A DNA stretch of 58,579 bases, counting the filler, from Candidatus Desantisbacteria bacterium CG1_02_49_89 (lineage in GTDB: Bacteria > Desantisbacteria > UBA1551), in the NCBI GenBank assembly GCA_001871075.1. It is 4 parts of 4 records of this genome, joined end to end, with 100 filler letters (N's around TTAATTAATTAA, not from the genome) between each part and the next. Parts side by side here need not be neighbours in the genome. Positions count along the whole stretch, not along the records: positions 16,344 to 31,337 come from MNUP01000018.1; positions 31,438 to 45,969 come from MNUP01000045.1; 2 more parts are not named here. One strand, written 5' to 3'. This document shows, one piece after another, positions 26,884 to 36,784 of this stretch. A program made the translations under genes and the position numbers. Below the pieces are notes generated by a model, which was not told where the DNA came from, made no database searches, and saw nothing but the letters and a program-made list of their open reading frames with translations. Numbering within the stretch: the first letter of the stretch is position 1; each line of letters opens with the position of its first letter.

Positions 26884-28038
26884 TTACTTTTGATTTTTCA
26901 TTTTTTCGAATTTAATATCCGTGATCTTGCCCGGCTCTCCGCTCACGATGAGCTTGCCCAGGTAGAACCTGCCGCCCCCGTCGCTCAATCCCGCTATATC
27001 CGTGCTTCGCCCGTTCTCGTTGAAAAGCCCCATTGCTATGTAATAGATCGCGGGCCCGTTCTGTTCAGGAACTGTCAGGGAATAGGGGCCGTCTTTTATG
27101 GGCGTGTTTTCCTTCCACTGGGATGTTGGCTTCGAAAAACCATGGTCTCCCTGGAACGCTATATCCTCGCGATCTTTTTCCCCGAATTCAGGGCTGGTAA
27201 AATGCACGAATATGTTGTAATTCTGCTCGATGACCTCTGAAACCATCCACTCGTAGGTGATCTTGAATTTCACGCCGCCTGTGTAACTAAAATCCTTGAC
27301 CCTCAAGGATATTATGCCTTCTTTTTCCTCGTAATTCGGCTCTTCGCCTTCTATCGGCCCACCCCCCTCATCTATTTTCGTTTTTTTAGATTTTTCTTCG
27401 GGGGGCGAGGTTGCTATCGCAAGATTTGCCAGGTCTATCACGAATTCACCGAATGTCGGGCATCCTGCCGCGTCTCCCTGCCAGCCGGGATGGGCGAAAT
27501 ATACCGGTTTCTCGACTCCGCCGCACGCGCGTTTTGTCGCTTCAAAAGTTGAGCCTGTGTTTTTGGTGTCGATCGGTGTAATATCCTCGTCTTCCTTGAT
27601 ATAGCCCGTGCGCGCAGGCTTTATCTTCATGAAGTCAACAAGCACGGACACACCTGCGGGAAGCGCTTCTCCGTTATAATTCTTCGGCAATTCTCCCTTT
27701 ATTATCCTTATCTCTCCCCAGCTCGCCCAGTCGCAGTTAGTCGTGGCTCCGGGATCGGTTATGAACTTAATTGCTATCTTTTTATCCCTGAACTTACTTA
27801 TCTCAACTTTGCAGAACTTCCAGCTTGATTCAGCCCATTCATCCTCAGCAACAGAGCTTCCTTTCTTGCCCGGCTCGCCTATCTCGACCTTAAAGGTAAC
27901 CCCGTCCGTTTCCTGCGTGCCGTCGCTTATTCCAACATAATAGATGAGCCATAGCTGGTCTTTCTGCTCAGCAGAGAAACAATAACCAAACCACAGAGCG
28001 CACAGAGGAATACACAATAATATTGCTATCCTTTTCAT
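26884..28038 (-). CDS. Secreted protein paralogous to two domains of the 1816-aa protein
   Basis: Shares FKVEIGEPGKKGS, KFITDPGATT, YFAHPGWQGDAAGCP and DREDIAFQGDH with its neighbour. Confidence 0.88.
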   Translation of the reverse strand: MKRIAILLCIPLCALWFGYCFSAEQKDQLWLIYYVGISDGTQETDGVTFKVEIGEPGKKGSSVAEDEWAESSWKFCKVEISKFRDKKIAIKFITDPGATTNCDWASWGEIRIIKGELPKNYNGEALPAGVSVLVDFMKIKPARTGYIKEDEDITPIDTKNTGSTFEATKRACGGVEKPVYFAHPGWQGDAAGCPTFGEFVIDLANLAIATSPPEEKSKKTKIDEGGGPIEGEEPNYEEKEGIISLRVKDFSYTGGVKFKITYEWMVSEVIEQNYNIFVHFTSPEFGEKDREDIAFQGDHGFSKPTSQWKENTPIKDGPYSLTVPEQNGPAIYYIAMGLFNENGRSTDIAGLSDGGGRFYLGKLIVSGEPGKITDIKFEKMKNQK

Positions 28039-28444
28039 AAAAAAAACTCCTTTCGACTTAAAGTAAGTTTTTTGCCGCTGAAACCACAGAGAAATTCTAT
28101 TTTGCCACTGAAGGCACTGAGTTCACTGAGTTTTTAGACTGCGAAACTTTAAACTCGAAACCTCGAAACAAATATATTACTCATGACTCATGACAAGTGA
28201 CTAATGACTGCCCTTTAACCACGAATTCTCACTGATTTCCACGGATTTAACTTTCAACCTTCAACTTTCAACTTTTAACTACATTTAATAACCACGGGTA
28301 AACACTGTTAATTTACGCTGCTAAGAAAAAACAGGCTCCCACCATAATGATTGGCGGGTCTTCGAGAAGCCTGTGGCTTCGGGCGTCATAAATGCCGCCC
28401 CTACAATTATTTCACGTACGACGCGCGACGTTCGACGTACGACG

Positions 28445-30001
28445 TTATTTCGCCAGGACTACCGTCCCTGTTTTAACAACCGGGACCGCGTAGCCTATCC
28501 TTACCTGATAAATGTATACACCGACAGGGGCAATTCTACCATAGCTGTCTTTGCCATCCCAGCCGATCTGCGCGAAACCGCTGCATTCCACATTTTCAGC
28601 GATCATTTTTATGAGAGACCCTTTCATATTATAGATCTTCGCTGTCACAGGAGCTGAAGGCTCAACACTCAGCATAAGTTTTGTTTCATCGCATTTCCCA
28701 TCCCCGTTAGGCGAAAATGGATCGGGAAAAAACACTACTTTATCTTTTACAACAAGCGCGCTGTTGTCTATGAAAAGAACGCTGAAATTACAGCAGAACA
28801 ACTCCTCGTTCTGCAAGGTCCTGCCGCCCTCAAGCTTCAGGGTCGCGAAACCCTCTCCCAGGAAACCGCAGATCTGGGTTTCACCTGTTGTAAATACAGA
28901 ACCTGCCCAGGTCCCGGTAGAACCGGGTATTGATAGCGTGCCGCCTGAACCCGAAACTATGGTCACTGTCGGGCTGTAACCGGTGTCAACCCCTATGTTA
29001 AACGCGTATTCAAAACTTATATTCTCCCCTGCCTTTACCTGGAAAGACGGCCTTGAGATCAGCGACTTTACAGGGGAACCTATATTCACCTCTTTCAGAA
29101 GGGGCGAAATAGAAGGACTGCTCGAATAGAGTATTGCCCTGTACTGGAAATACCAGCCAGGAGGGTCCAGGACCTCGTCGCCGGAGGTATAATAGGTATC
29201 AGACCATTCTTCAGCAAGCACGTCAGCAGGAGTTGTCCCTGCCCTTGTATTGAAAACCACTGAGCATCCGGCAACAGTGTCCGCAACCCAGGAGATCCTG
29301 CCGAAAGTGGTCTTGCCGCCGCAGTCATACACACTCGAAAGATATATGCCTGCGCCCGTGAAAACACCTTTCATGAAAAATATGCCGTCCATCCATCCGT
29401 CACCCGAAGGATCGCTTGCGCCGTTCCACCAGGCTTGGTCAATGCTTACTTTCGCGCAGTTTGAAGGAAGCTCATAGGTTGCTCCGGAACCGATGCCACC
29501 AACTGTGATAAAATAATAGACCCACCCGCTGCTTAAAGAAAAATCCTGCAAATCTTTGTGCATAAACTCGGTGCCGCCGGAATCATACAGTATCAGGCGG
29601 AAGTAATAATCGCCTTTGGTTATGTCGCACTTAAGCCAGGCGCCAAGCGAATAAACCACTGAAGAGTTATTTTCTATCTCTATTATCGAACACCTTGCTC
29701 CCTGCGGATTGCCGCTTCCGCTGGCTGAGACCTTTGAGCTGAAACTGCCGCTGTATCCCGCTGACTGGACAGAGCTGTTCTGGTTCCAGCCCTTGAACCC
29801 GTCCTCGAAATCACCGTTCTGGACAAGGTTGGGCGAGAGCGTGATGCCGCCGGTTGTAAGGATCGCCGCGTTGAACGAACCCTGCCCGAATTCATCGTAG
29901 GTTTCGCGCAAAGGCAGGCCCTCGGCGAACGCCGTGTAACGTGTAACGTGTAACGTGAAAAACAGAAGCCCAAGAAGGAAATACTGACGTAATCTTTTCA
30001 T
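28445..30001 (-). CDS. Secreted protein with a CBM-like domain and C-terminal FlgD/CHU_C-like domain
   Basis: Signal peptide; NLVQNGDFE; FPDPFSPNGDG...KIYN...WDGKD...GVYIY. Confidence 0.8.
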   Translation of the reverse strand: MKRLRQYFLLGLLFFTLHVTRYTAFAEGLPLRETYDEFGQGSFNAAILTTGGITLSPNLVQNGDFEDGFKGWNQNSSVQSAGYSGSFSSKVSASGSGNPQGARCSIIEIENNSSVVYSLGAWLKCDITKGDYYFRLILYDSGGTEFMHKDLQDFSLSSGWVYYFITVGGIGSGATYELPSNCAKVSIDQAWWNGASDPSGDGWMDGIFFMKGVFTGAGIYLSSVYDCGGKTTFGRISWVADTVAGCSVVFNTRAGTTPADVLAEEWSDTYYTSGDEVLDPPGWYFQYRAILYSSSPSISPLLKEVNIGSPVKSLISRPSFQVKAGENISFEYAFNIGVDTGYSPTVTIVSGSGGTLSIPGSTGTWAGSVFTTGETQICGFLGEGFATLKLEGGRTLQNEELFCCNFSVLFIDNSALVVKDKVVFFPDPFSPNGDGKCDETKLMLSVEPSAPVTAKIYNMKGSLIKMIAENVECSGFAQIGWDGKDSYGRIAPVGVYIYQVRIGYAVPVVKTGTVVLAK

Positions 30002-30039
30002 TTCAATTTTTTACCACGAAAGCACGAAGTCACGAAATT

Positions 30040-30470
30040 TAACCACAGAGAACGCAGAGAAATATCTTGGTTTTCAACTTGATACTTGACACTTGACTCT
30101 TGATACTGAAATCAACCACGGATTTATTAGGAACCAGAGGAGTAGCCCCTTTAGGGTCGTAAAACAACGGGGCTCCCACCTTAATGATTGGCAGCTTGCC
30201 CGCCGTAGCATCCGCAACCTTTCCGCGAATAGCGGAGAGATAAGGTTGACGGAGTATCTGCGCAGGCGCGGGTCTTCGAGAAGCCCTGAGTTACTCCGAA
30301 GGAGTCCCTTTGGGACAAATTTCTTTACGCAACCTAAAGGTTGCGGCTACCTTTGGGCGGGCAAGCTCACCCCTACGCGTACGCAAAACTGAAGCCTTGC
30401 CCTACGAAAAATGTGCGCCTAAGGCGCACCGCTACTTTGTAAACTTGTAAACTCTGTAAACTATGTAAAC
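30040..30470. repeat. Composite intergenic repeat cluster
   Basis: CTTGATA heptamers, several CTAC-ending REP hairpins, a split GGCGGGTCTTCGAGAAGCC element and GTAAACT repeats. Confidence 0.8.
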
Positions 30471-31215
30471 TATTTTACGCGGACTCGGAATCGCACGGCT
30501 TTTGTTTTGTTGATTCCGAGGGAGCTGAACTGCCAGCGCAGGCCCCTGATACTGGTCTCCGGCGCAGGGCTTCCCGCAATCCAGGAAACCAGGTCAGCGG
30601 TCCACGCCCAGGTGTCGCATACGCCTGTGTCTTCTATAGACACAAAAACTGTTGGAGAGAATGTTGACGTGTTAAATACTTGAGTATCAAATAGGATCAC
30701 GTTTGTCATTGTTTCCATACCGAGGTTGCTCAGCATGACCGTGTATTCAATGGTTTCGTCTGAATCAACAGCGACAAAATCGCCTGCCGCGCCTGTTTTC
30801 AGGTTTTTCTGCCCTGCCGTAATAAACATTACAGGCATATTGACGGTTTCTGTCTGTGAAACGAAAAGACCGGCATCCGGCTGGGACACGGTTATGACAG
30901 GATTGCCGCCCTTATGATCTAAGTAATAACCTGACAGAAGTCCTGAACTGAATCTTGCGATCGTTATATCCTGCCAGACCGTGTTGCTAAGGGAAAACCG
31001 GCCAACCGGCGAACTGGTAGACAGGCAAACCATATCATTGAATAAAACGTCTGTTTCGCCCCAGTAATCAGCGGCGGTAACAGAGAAAACGCCTGATTCC
31101 CTGTTGAACATTTCAAATGGAAGAGTGATGAATTCCAAAGAAGCCGCGCTTATGGTCTCGGTCTGGGCAGCCGGAAGCAGTCCCGCATCCGGGTTTTCCG
31201 CGCTGATAACAATAC
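30470..31215 (-). CDS. C-terminal part of a surface protein with a DUF11-like domain
   Basis: TIEYTVMLSNLG...NVILFD...GLRW...VRFRVRVK; repeated PDAGL..QTET unit; true start not present. Confidence 0.6.
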
Positions 31216-31337
31216 GTGCGCTCCCAGACCCAGATAGTTGTGGCGCCCTGCCCGTGGATCGCTCCCTGCCAGAGCACGTTCCTGACATGCGCGGGCGGTA
31301 TATACCCGAAATCCCTGTCCATGATAAGGTGGTTTTC
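31212..31337 (-). pseudogene. Internal fragment of a probable glycoside hydrolase (beta-galactosidase-like)
   Basis: ENHLIMDRDFGYIPPAHVRNVLWQGAIHGQGATTIWVWERTY is open from the contig end, then loses plausibility. Confidence 0.45.
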
Positions 31338-31437
31338 NNNNNNNNNNNNNNNNNNNNNNNNNNNNNNNNNNNNNNNNNNNNTTAATTAATTAANNNNNNN
31401 NNNNNNNNNNNNNNNNNNNNNNNNNNNNNNNNNNNNN
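31338..31437. other. Artificial contig spacer
   Basis: N runs around TTAATTAATTAA. Confidence 0.98.
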
Positions 31438-31439
31438 TA

Positions 31440-31634
31440 AGGGAATATGAAGGAGGGGGCATGGATTCGCACGCCGCGGACCAGCTCCTGCCCTATCTCG
31501 CGCTTGCCGGGGGAAGGATAAAGGTGAACGGCGTTACGGACCACTGCCAGGCCAATATGTTCGTGATAGAAAAATTCCTGCCGGTCAAGTTCAAGGTTGA
31601 GGAAAAAATCATCGAAGTGGTCAGGGCAGAATAA
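31440..31634 (+). CDS. rtcA: RNA 3'-terminal phosphate cyclase, C-terminal fragment
   Basis: Manual translation ...MDSHAADQLLPYLALAGG...VTDHCQANMFVIEKFLPVKF; DxHxADQL and TxHxxxN motifs. Not in the ORF track. Confidence 0.85.
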   Translation, partial: REYEGGGMDSHAADQLLPYLALAGGRIKVNGVTDHCQANMFVIEKFLPVKFKVEEKIIEVVRAE

Positions 31635-31820
31635 TTCGTTCATCGTGCGTCGTTCATCGTGCATCGTTAACTCAGTGTCCAGTATCCAGTGTCCAGCAAA
31701 AGATTTATCTGTGGAAATCCGTGTGAATCCGTGGTTGATAAATGCAGTTGTCAGTTGTGAGTTGTCAGTTATCAGTAAAAGCCAAATATTACTCTGTGCC
31801 TCCGTGCCTCTGTGGTGATT

Positions 31821-33182
31821 ATGAATAAATTATCCCTTTTTATTTTTGTGCTTATTCTTTTTCTGTGGCTGCCCGGCGCTGCGCCGGCGGAGCAGGTGTT
31901 CACGTCCGCGAACGAGACGATCAATCTCTCGATAGCCGCTGTTCCCGGAACCGAAACAGGCGCCGAAGGCGCAATAGAAGAAGCAGGGAGGTTCTGCCAG
32001 GAGGGAATGCGCGAATACGCCGCGGGAAACTGGCCCCGGGCAAAAGACAAGTTCGACATCGCGATAAAAATGCTCGCGGGGCTTGACGAGGGCAGCCTGG
32101 AACCGGCGGCCCAGCAGGAATATAACAACCTTTTCGGTTCCGTCTGCCAGTACCAGCTGCGCGTCCGCAACCTTATCTACGGGTTTTCCGTAAGCGTTGA
32201 CGACATCGGCACTGAGGCCTGCCCCTTTCCGCTTGTTTTCAACCACAAGGTGGAGAAATGGCTCCAGCGCTACGTCACCGTGGACTATGAATATTTCGGC
32301 AAGAAACTCTACGAATCCGGGAAATACTACCAGATGATAAAGGAAATTTTCAAAGAGAGCGGCCTGCCGCCGGAGCTCGCGTATACGGCGTTTGTTGAGA
32401 GCGGTTTCAACCCGTACGCGTATTCAAGGGCGAATGCCGCCGGCATGTGGCAGTTCGTGGCTTACACGGGCAGCCTTTACGGGCTGGACCGGGACCACTG
32501 GGTCGATGAAAGGCGCGACGTTGAGAAATCCACGAAGGCTGCCGCGGAGTTCCTGAGGAGCCTTTATAAGCAGTTCGGCTCATGGCCTCTTGCGCTTGCC
32601 GCGTATAACGGGGGGCCGAACAGGGTTGCCAAGGCAATAAAAGACCAGGGGACAAATAATTTCTGGGACCTTGTCCTGCCGGCCGAGACAACGGAATTCG
32701 TGCCCAAGATATTCGCGACGATAATGATAGCAAGAGACCCTGAGGCATACGGGTTCACAAGGGAATTCAAGGACGCGCATAGTTTCGACTCCGTGCAGAT
32801 CGACAGGTGCGTGAACCTAAGCACGGTCGCCAGGTGCTGCAGCGCGCCCCTTGAGGAGATCGTGGGCCTTAACCCTGAGCTGACAAGGATGTGCACGCCT
32901 GACAACCCGGGGACCTACACGCTGAAAATACCCGCGGGCTCCAAAGAAACTTTCTACGCGCGCTTCCTGGCCCTGGCTGAGAACCAGAGGTATCTTTCTA
33001 AAGAGGAAGTCGCGCGCATGAAGGGGTACTGGATCACCTATACGATAAAGGCGGGCGATTCGCTGGGCAAGATCGCTAAAAAGTTCAACACGACCATAGA
33101 AAAAATCCGGCAGTGGAATCCTTCCGTAAGAAAGCAGAAATATCTGCAGATAGGTTCCAAACTCAAGGTTTTCCAGAAATGA
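31821..33182 (+). CDS. mltD: MltD-like lytic murein transglycosylase with LysM
   Basis: VESGFNPYAYSRANAAGMWQF, ALAAYNGG, ETTEFVPK; C-terminal YTIKAGDSLGKIA. Confidence 0.9.
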   Translation: MNKLSLFIFVLILFLWLPGAAPAEQVFTSANETINLSIAAVPGTETGAEGAIEEAGRFCQEGMREYAAGNWPRAKDKFDIAIKMLAGLDEGSLEPAAQQEYNNLFGSVCQYQLRVRNLIYGFSVSVDDIGTEACPFPLVFNHKVEKWLQRYVTVDYEYFGKKLYESGKYYQMIKEIFKESGLPPELAYTAFVESGFNPYAYSRANAAGMWQFVAYTGSLYGLDRDHWVDERRDVEKSTKAAAEFLRSLYKQFGSWPLALAAYNGGPNRVAKAIKDQGTNNFWDLVLPAETTEFVPKIFATIMIARDPEAYGFTREFKDAHSFDSVQIDRCVNLSTVARCCSAPLEEIVGLNPELTRMCTPDNPGTYTLKIPAGSKETFYARFLALAENQRYLSKEEVARMKGYWITYTIKAGDSLGKIAKKFNTTIEKIRQWNPSVRKQKYLQIGSKLKVFQK

Positions 33183-33931
33183 CAGAGCCGCAGGCTTCTT
33201 TTTCGGAATTCGCAGGCGTATACGACAGGTTCATGCACTACATAGACTACCCCGGATGGGTCAGGTATGCCTGCGAGATACTCAACCTTTACAACATAAG
33301 GGGCAGGAAACTGCTGGACATCGCGTGCGGAACAGGGACCTGCGCCCTTCTTTTCGCGGAGAAAGGGTTTGAGGTCACGGGGATCGACGCGTCGCAGGAG
33401 ATGATAGCGCAGGCCCTGGAAAAAGCGGGATCAGACAAGCACGCGGCCCTTTTCCAGCAGCAGGACATGCGGGATTTCCGCCTTGGCCTGAAGTTCAATA
33501 TCGCGACGAGTTTCTACGACAGCATTAACTACCTGCTCACCGCCGAAGATGTGGGCAGGGCCTTTGCCTGCGCTTTTGAGTCCCTCGAGGAAGGCGGCGC
33601 GTTCATCTTCGACATGAATACCGAATATGCGCTGAGCGAGATCTGGGGGTCAAAGACCATGAAAAGGAACGAAGGCGGTGTTTCTTCCGTGTGGAAGAAC
33701 GAATATGACCCCTTAACAAAGATCTGCACCCTTTGCCTGACCTGGTCAACCAGGGAGAACGGGAAGAACCGGGAGCACGTTGAAATACACAGGGAAAGGG
33801 CCTACGGAAACGCGGAGGTAAAAAGCCTGCTTGAAAAAGCAGGGTTCAAAAGGATCATTATATACGCTCACCCGACGTTCAGCCCGCCGTTTGAATTAAC
33901 GGCGCGCATAATGGTGGTCGCGCTTAAATAA
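33179..33931 (+). CDS. Class I SAM-dependent methyltransferase
   Basis: LLDIACGTG, DMRDF, DSINYL; ATGA overlap with mltD. Confidence 0.92.
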   Translation: MTEPQASFSEFAGVYDRFMHYIDYPGWVRYACEILNLYNIRGRKLLDIACGTGTCALLFAEKGFEVTGIDASQEMIAQALEKAGSDKHAALFQQQDMRDFRLGLKFNIATSFYDSINYLLTAEDVGRAFACAFESLEEGGAFIFDMNTEYALSEIWGSKTMKRNEGGVSSVWKNEYDPLTKICTLCLTWSTRENGKNREHVEIHRERAYGNAEVKSLLEKAGFKRIIIYAHPTFSPPFELTARIMVVALK

Positions 33932-34048
33932 CCGTCTTAGATCGTACATCGTTCTTCGTTCATCGTTTAAACTCATGACCCATGACACATGCCTCATGAC
34001 TGTTTTTACGATGCACGATGCACGAAGCACGATTCGCGAGGAGTAAGG

Positions 34049-35143
34049 ATGGATGAGATCGAGGAACTCGAAAAACAGGGGTATGACATAATCGATATAA
34101 TTGCCGGGGATGTAAAACCCGCCCGGGAAGTGCAGTACCTTGTTGACCGGGTCGTGAAGAACAAGGGCGGGGATTTCTACGGCGGGATCCTTTTCGAGCT
34201 GGCTTCCGTCCGGTTCCCGGAGGACAGGGCAAAAGCCCTGTGGCAGGAAATACTGCGCCACAAATACATAATAAGCGAAAGGCTGGGCAGGAACATAGGG
34301 GTAAGGGTCGCGACGCTTGACTACCTGGAAAACATCAAAAAACTCATCAGCGCCCCTGTCATAATTCCCGAGACCGAGTTCGCGAAAACGCTCAAGCTTT
34401 CAACCACCGACGACCTGACAGGCCTTTACAACCGCCGGTACCTTAACAACAGGCTGCGCGCCATGGTTTCCGAGGCGCAGGCGGAAAGATCCAGGTTTTC
34501 CGTCCTGATGATGGACCTGGACGGCTTTAAGAAATTCAACGACACGCAGGGCCACCAGGCAGGCGACCTTATACTGCAGGAGTTTGCCCGCGTCCTGAGG
34601 GAAGGCCTGCGCAAGAGCGACATGGTCGCGCGGTACGGCGGGGACGAAATGGTCTGTATCCTGCCGCTTACCGATAAATTCATTGCCAAAACAGTCGCGT
34701 CCAAGATCTGCGAACAGGTCAGGAAGGATTTTTCCGAGGTGAAGATCTCACTTAGCACCGGGATCGCGGAATACCCGACCGACGCGGCGGACGACGAAGG
34801 CCTTATATTGCAGTCAGACGCCGCGATGTACAGGGCAAAGGCGTTCGGCGGCAGCGCGGTTTCCTATTTCCACCCGGTTGAAATAACATACCGCCATACC
34901 GAGCCCGGGCCCGGGGATGTTGCCTGCGTGGGCGACTTCAACAGGTGGAACAGCAAGAAAGGCATGATGAAGCCGGATGAAAAGCCGGGGGTTTGGAAGG
35001 TTTCCCTGGACCTGCTCGCGGGAAAATACAAATATAAGTTCCTTATAGACGGTTCAAAATGGGTTACAGACCCTTCGCAGGTTGAATGCGGGGATGACGG
35101 GTTCGGCGGGATGTGCTCTGTCCTTAGTGTAAGAATGGAGTGA
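34049..35143 (+). CDS. Diguanylate cyclase (GGDEF) fused to a C-terminal CBM48/AMPK-beta-type domain
   Basis: DDLTGLYNRR, DLDGFKKFND..GH..GD, RKSD I-site, RYGGDEM; then VGDFNRW...GKYKYKFLIDG.KWVTDP. Confidence 0.9.
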   Translation: MDEIEELEKQGYDIIDIIAGDVKPAREVQYLVDRVVKNKGGDFYGGILFELASVRFPEDRAKALWQEILRHKYIISERLGRNIGVRVATLDYLENIKKLISAPVIIPETEFAKTLKLSTTDDLTGLYNRRYLNNRLRAMVSEAQAERSRFSVLMMDLDGFKKFNDTQGHQAGDLILQEFARVLREGLRKSDMVARYGGDEMVCILPLTDKFIAKTVASKICEQVRKDFSEVKISLSTGIAEYPTDAADDEGLILQSDAAMYRAKAFGGSAVSYFHPVEITYRHTEPGPGDVACVGDFNRWNSKKGMMKPDEKPGVWKVSLDLLAGKYKYKFLIDGSKWVTDPSQVECGDDGFGGMCSVLSVRME

Positions 35144-35242
35144 ATGTCCGTCGTGTAACGTGTAAGGTGTAAGGCAAACTTTAAAAGATTATTTAATCCC
35201 GTTACACGTGACACGTTACACGGTTTTTCCGGAGGAAAAAGA

Positions 35243-35938
35243 ATGGCGTGTTACGAAAAAGACCCTGACCGCGACGGAAGCCACAACAGGCAGGAGCTTG
35301 AAGCGGCAGCGAAAAACATAGGCATAAGCCTTTTCGGGGTTGCGCTTCTTGAGCCAGCGCGCGAATACTTCCACGGATCGATAAAAGAGAGCGCTTCAGG
35401 CCTGAAATTCGGCATCTCAATGGGTGTCAGGCTGCAGGACAGCATAATAGACGGGATAAACGGTGAGCCGACCCTGATCTACAAGCACCACTACTCGACA
35501 GTAAACCACCTTTTAGACCAGGCGGCTTTGCGGATAGCGGGCCTGATACAGGATAAAGGAGCGAGGGCAATACCGGTTCCCGCTTCGCAGATCGTGGACT
35601 GGGAAAAACAGCTTGGCCACCTTTCCCACAGGGTGATCGCTTATTACGCGGGCCTTGGCTGGATAGGCCGATCCACCCTTCTTGTGAACCCGCGGTCCGG
35701 CGCAAGGGCCAGGTACGTGACCGTGCTGACAGACCTTCATTTAACGGCTGATAAACCCGCTGAAGGCAGCTGCGGGGAATGTCGAAGATGCATTGAGGCC
35801 TGCCCTGCGGGGGCTATAACAAAGGAAGGATACGATAAGGCAAAGTGCCTTGAAAAATTGAAGGAGTTCGCGAAGAAGCAGGGCATCGGGCAGTTCATAT
35901 GCGGGGTTTGCGTAAAGGCTTGTAAAGGCAGTTCTTAA
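35243..35938 (+). CDS. QueG-like 4Fe-4S protein
   Basis: AGLGWIG, VLTD, CGECRRCIEACP, CGVCVKAC. Confidence 0.85.
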   Translation: MACYEKDPDRDGSHNRQELEAAAKNIGISLFGVALLEPAREYFHGSIKESASGLKFGISMGVRLQDSIIDGINGEPTLIYKHHYSTVNHLLDQAALRIAGLIQDKGARAIPVPASQIVDWEKQLGHLSHRVIAYYAGLGWIGRSTLLVNPRSGARARYVTVLTDLHLTADKPAEGSCGECRRCIEACPAGAITKEGYDKAKCLEKLKEFAKKQGIGQFICGVCVKACKGSS

Positions 35939-36076
35939 TTATGAATTATGAGTGATGAGTTATGTCCCTTCGGGACATCAACAGCACGGATGTTTATTTA
36001 AATAAAATTCCTTCACTCATAAATCATAATTCATAACTCATAATTGATATCCGTCTCACAAGGGCCAGCATAAAAC

Positions 36077-36655
36077 ATGGGGAAGATAAAAGAAGCCAAA
36101 CCTGTTAAGCTGATCATGGGCGTTATCGCCTGCTGCGCAGGAACCGCGGAGGAAGCTGAGGGACTGCTCGTGAAAAAGTTCGGCAGCATTGACGCGCGCA
36201 GCGCCGTTACCCCTTTCGGCTTTACCGATTACTATGAGAATGAAATGGGCAAGAATCTCCTGCGCGTGTGGATCTCTTTTGAAAAGCTGGTTGACCCGCA
36301 GGAGCTTGCCGGCATAAAGACAGAGACGAACAAGATCGAGGAAAAATTAAGTGTAGGGGTCGGATTCATCCGACCCGAAGGCGCGGGCTTGATAAATCAA
36401 GCCCCTGCAAAAAAACGGCGCGTAAACCTGGACCCCGGGTATATTGACGGGGGCAAGCTTGTCCTGGCAAGCACGAAGAACTACAGCCACAGGATCTATT
36501 TAAGCAAGGGGATCTACGCGGAAGTGACGCTTATTTTTGAAAAAAGCGCGTTCCGCCCGCTCGCGTGGACTTATCCTGATTATAAATCCGTTACCGCGCT
36601 TGATTTTCTGGTAAAAGCGCGCAGCCGCTACCTCGCACAACTAAAAAAGGCGTAG
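36077..36655 (+). CDS. DUF4416 family protein
   Basis: TDYYENEMG, KTETN, RRVNLDPGY, LASTKNYSHRIYL, WTYPDY. Confidence 0.9.
   Translation: MGKIKEAKPVKLIMGVIACCAGTAEEAEGLLVKKFGSIDARSAVTPFGFTDYYENEMGKNLLRVWISFEKLVDPQELAGIKTETNKIEEKLSVGVGFIRPEGAGLINQAPAKKRRVNLDPGYIDGGKLVLASTKNYSHRIYLSKGIYAEVTLIFEKSAFRPLAWTYPDYKSVTALDFLVKARSRYLAQLKKA
36353..36408. repeat. Inverted REP doublet inside the DUF4416 coding sequence
   Basis: GTAG-GGGTCGGAT-TC-ATCCGACCC ... GGGCTTGAT-AA-ATCAAGCCC-CTGC. Confidence 0.85.
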
Positions 36656-36784
36656 TTAGCGGGCAAATTGTTAGATTGCCAGATTTAAGATTGTAAGAGT
36701 GAAAATAAATTGATTTTTATCTAAAACAATCCTTCAATCTTACATCTCACAATATCTCAATGAACTAAGGAATGGGGGTTTAAA

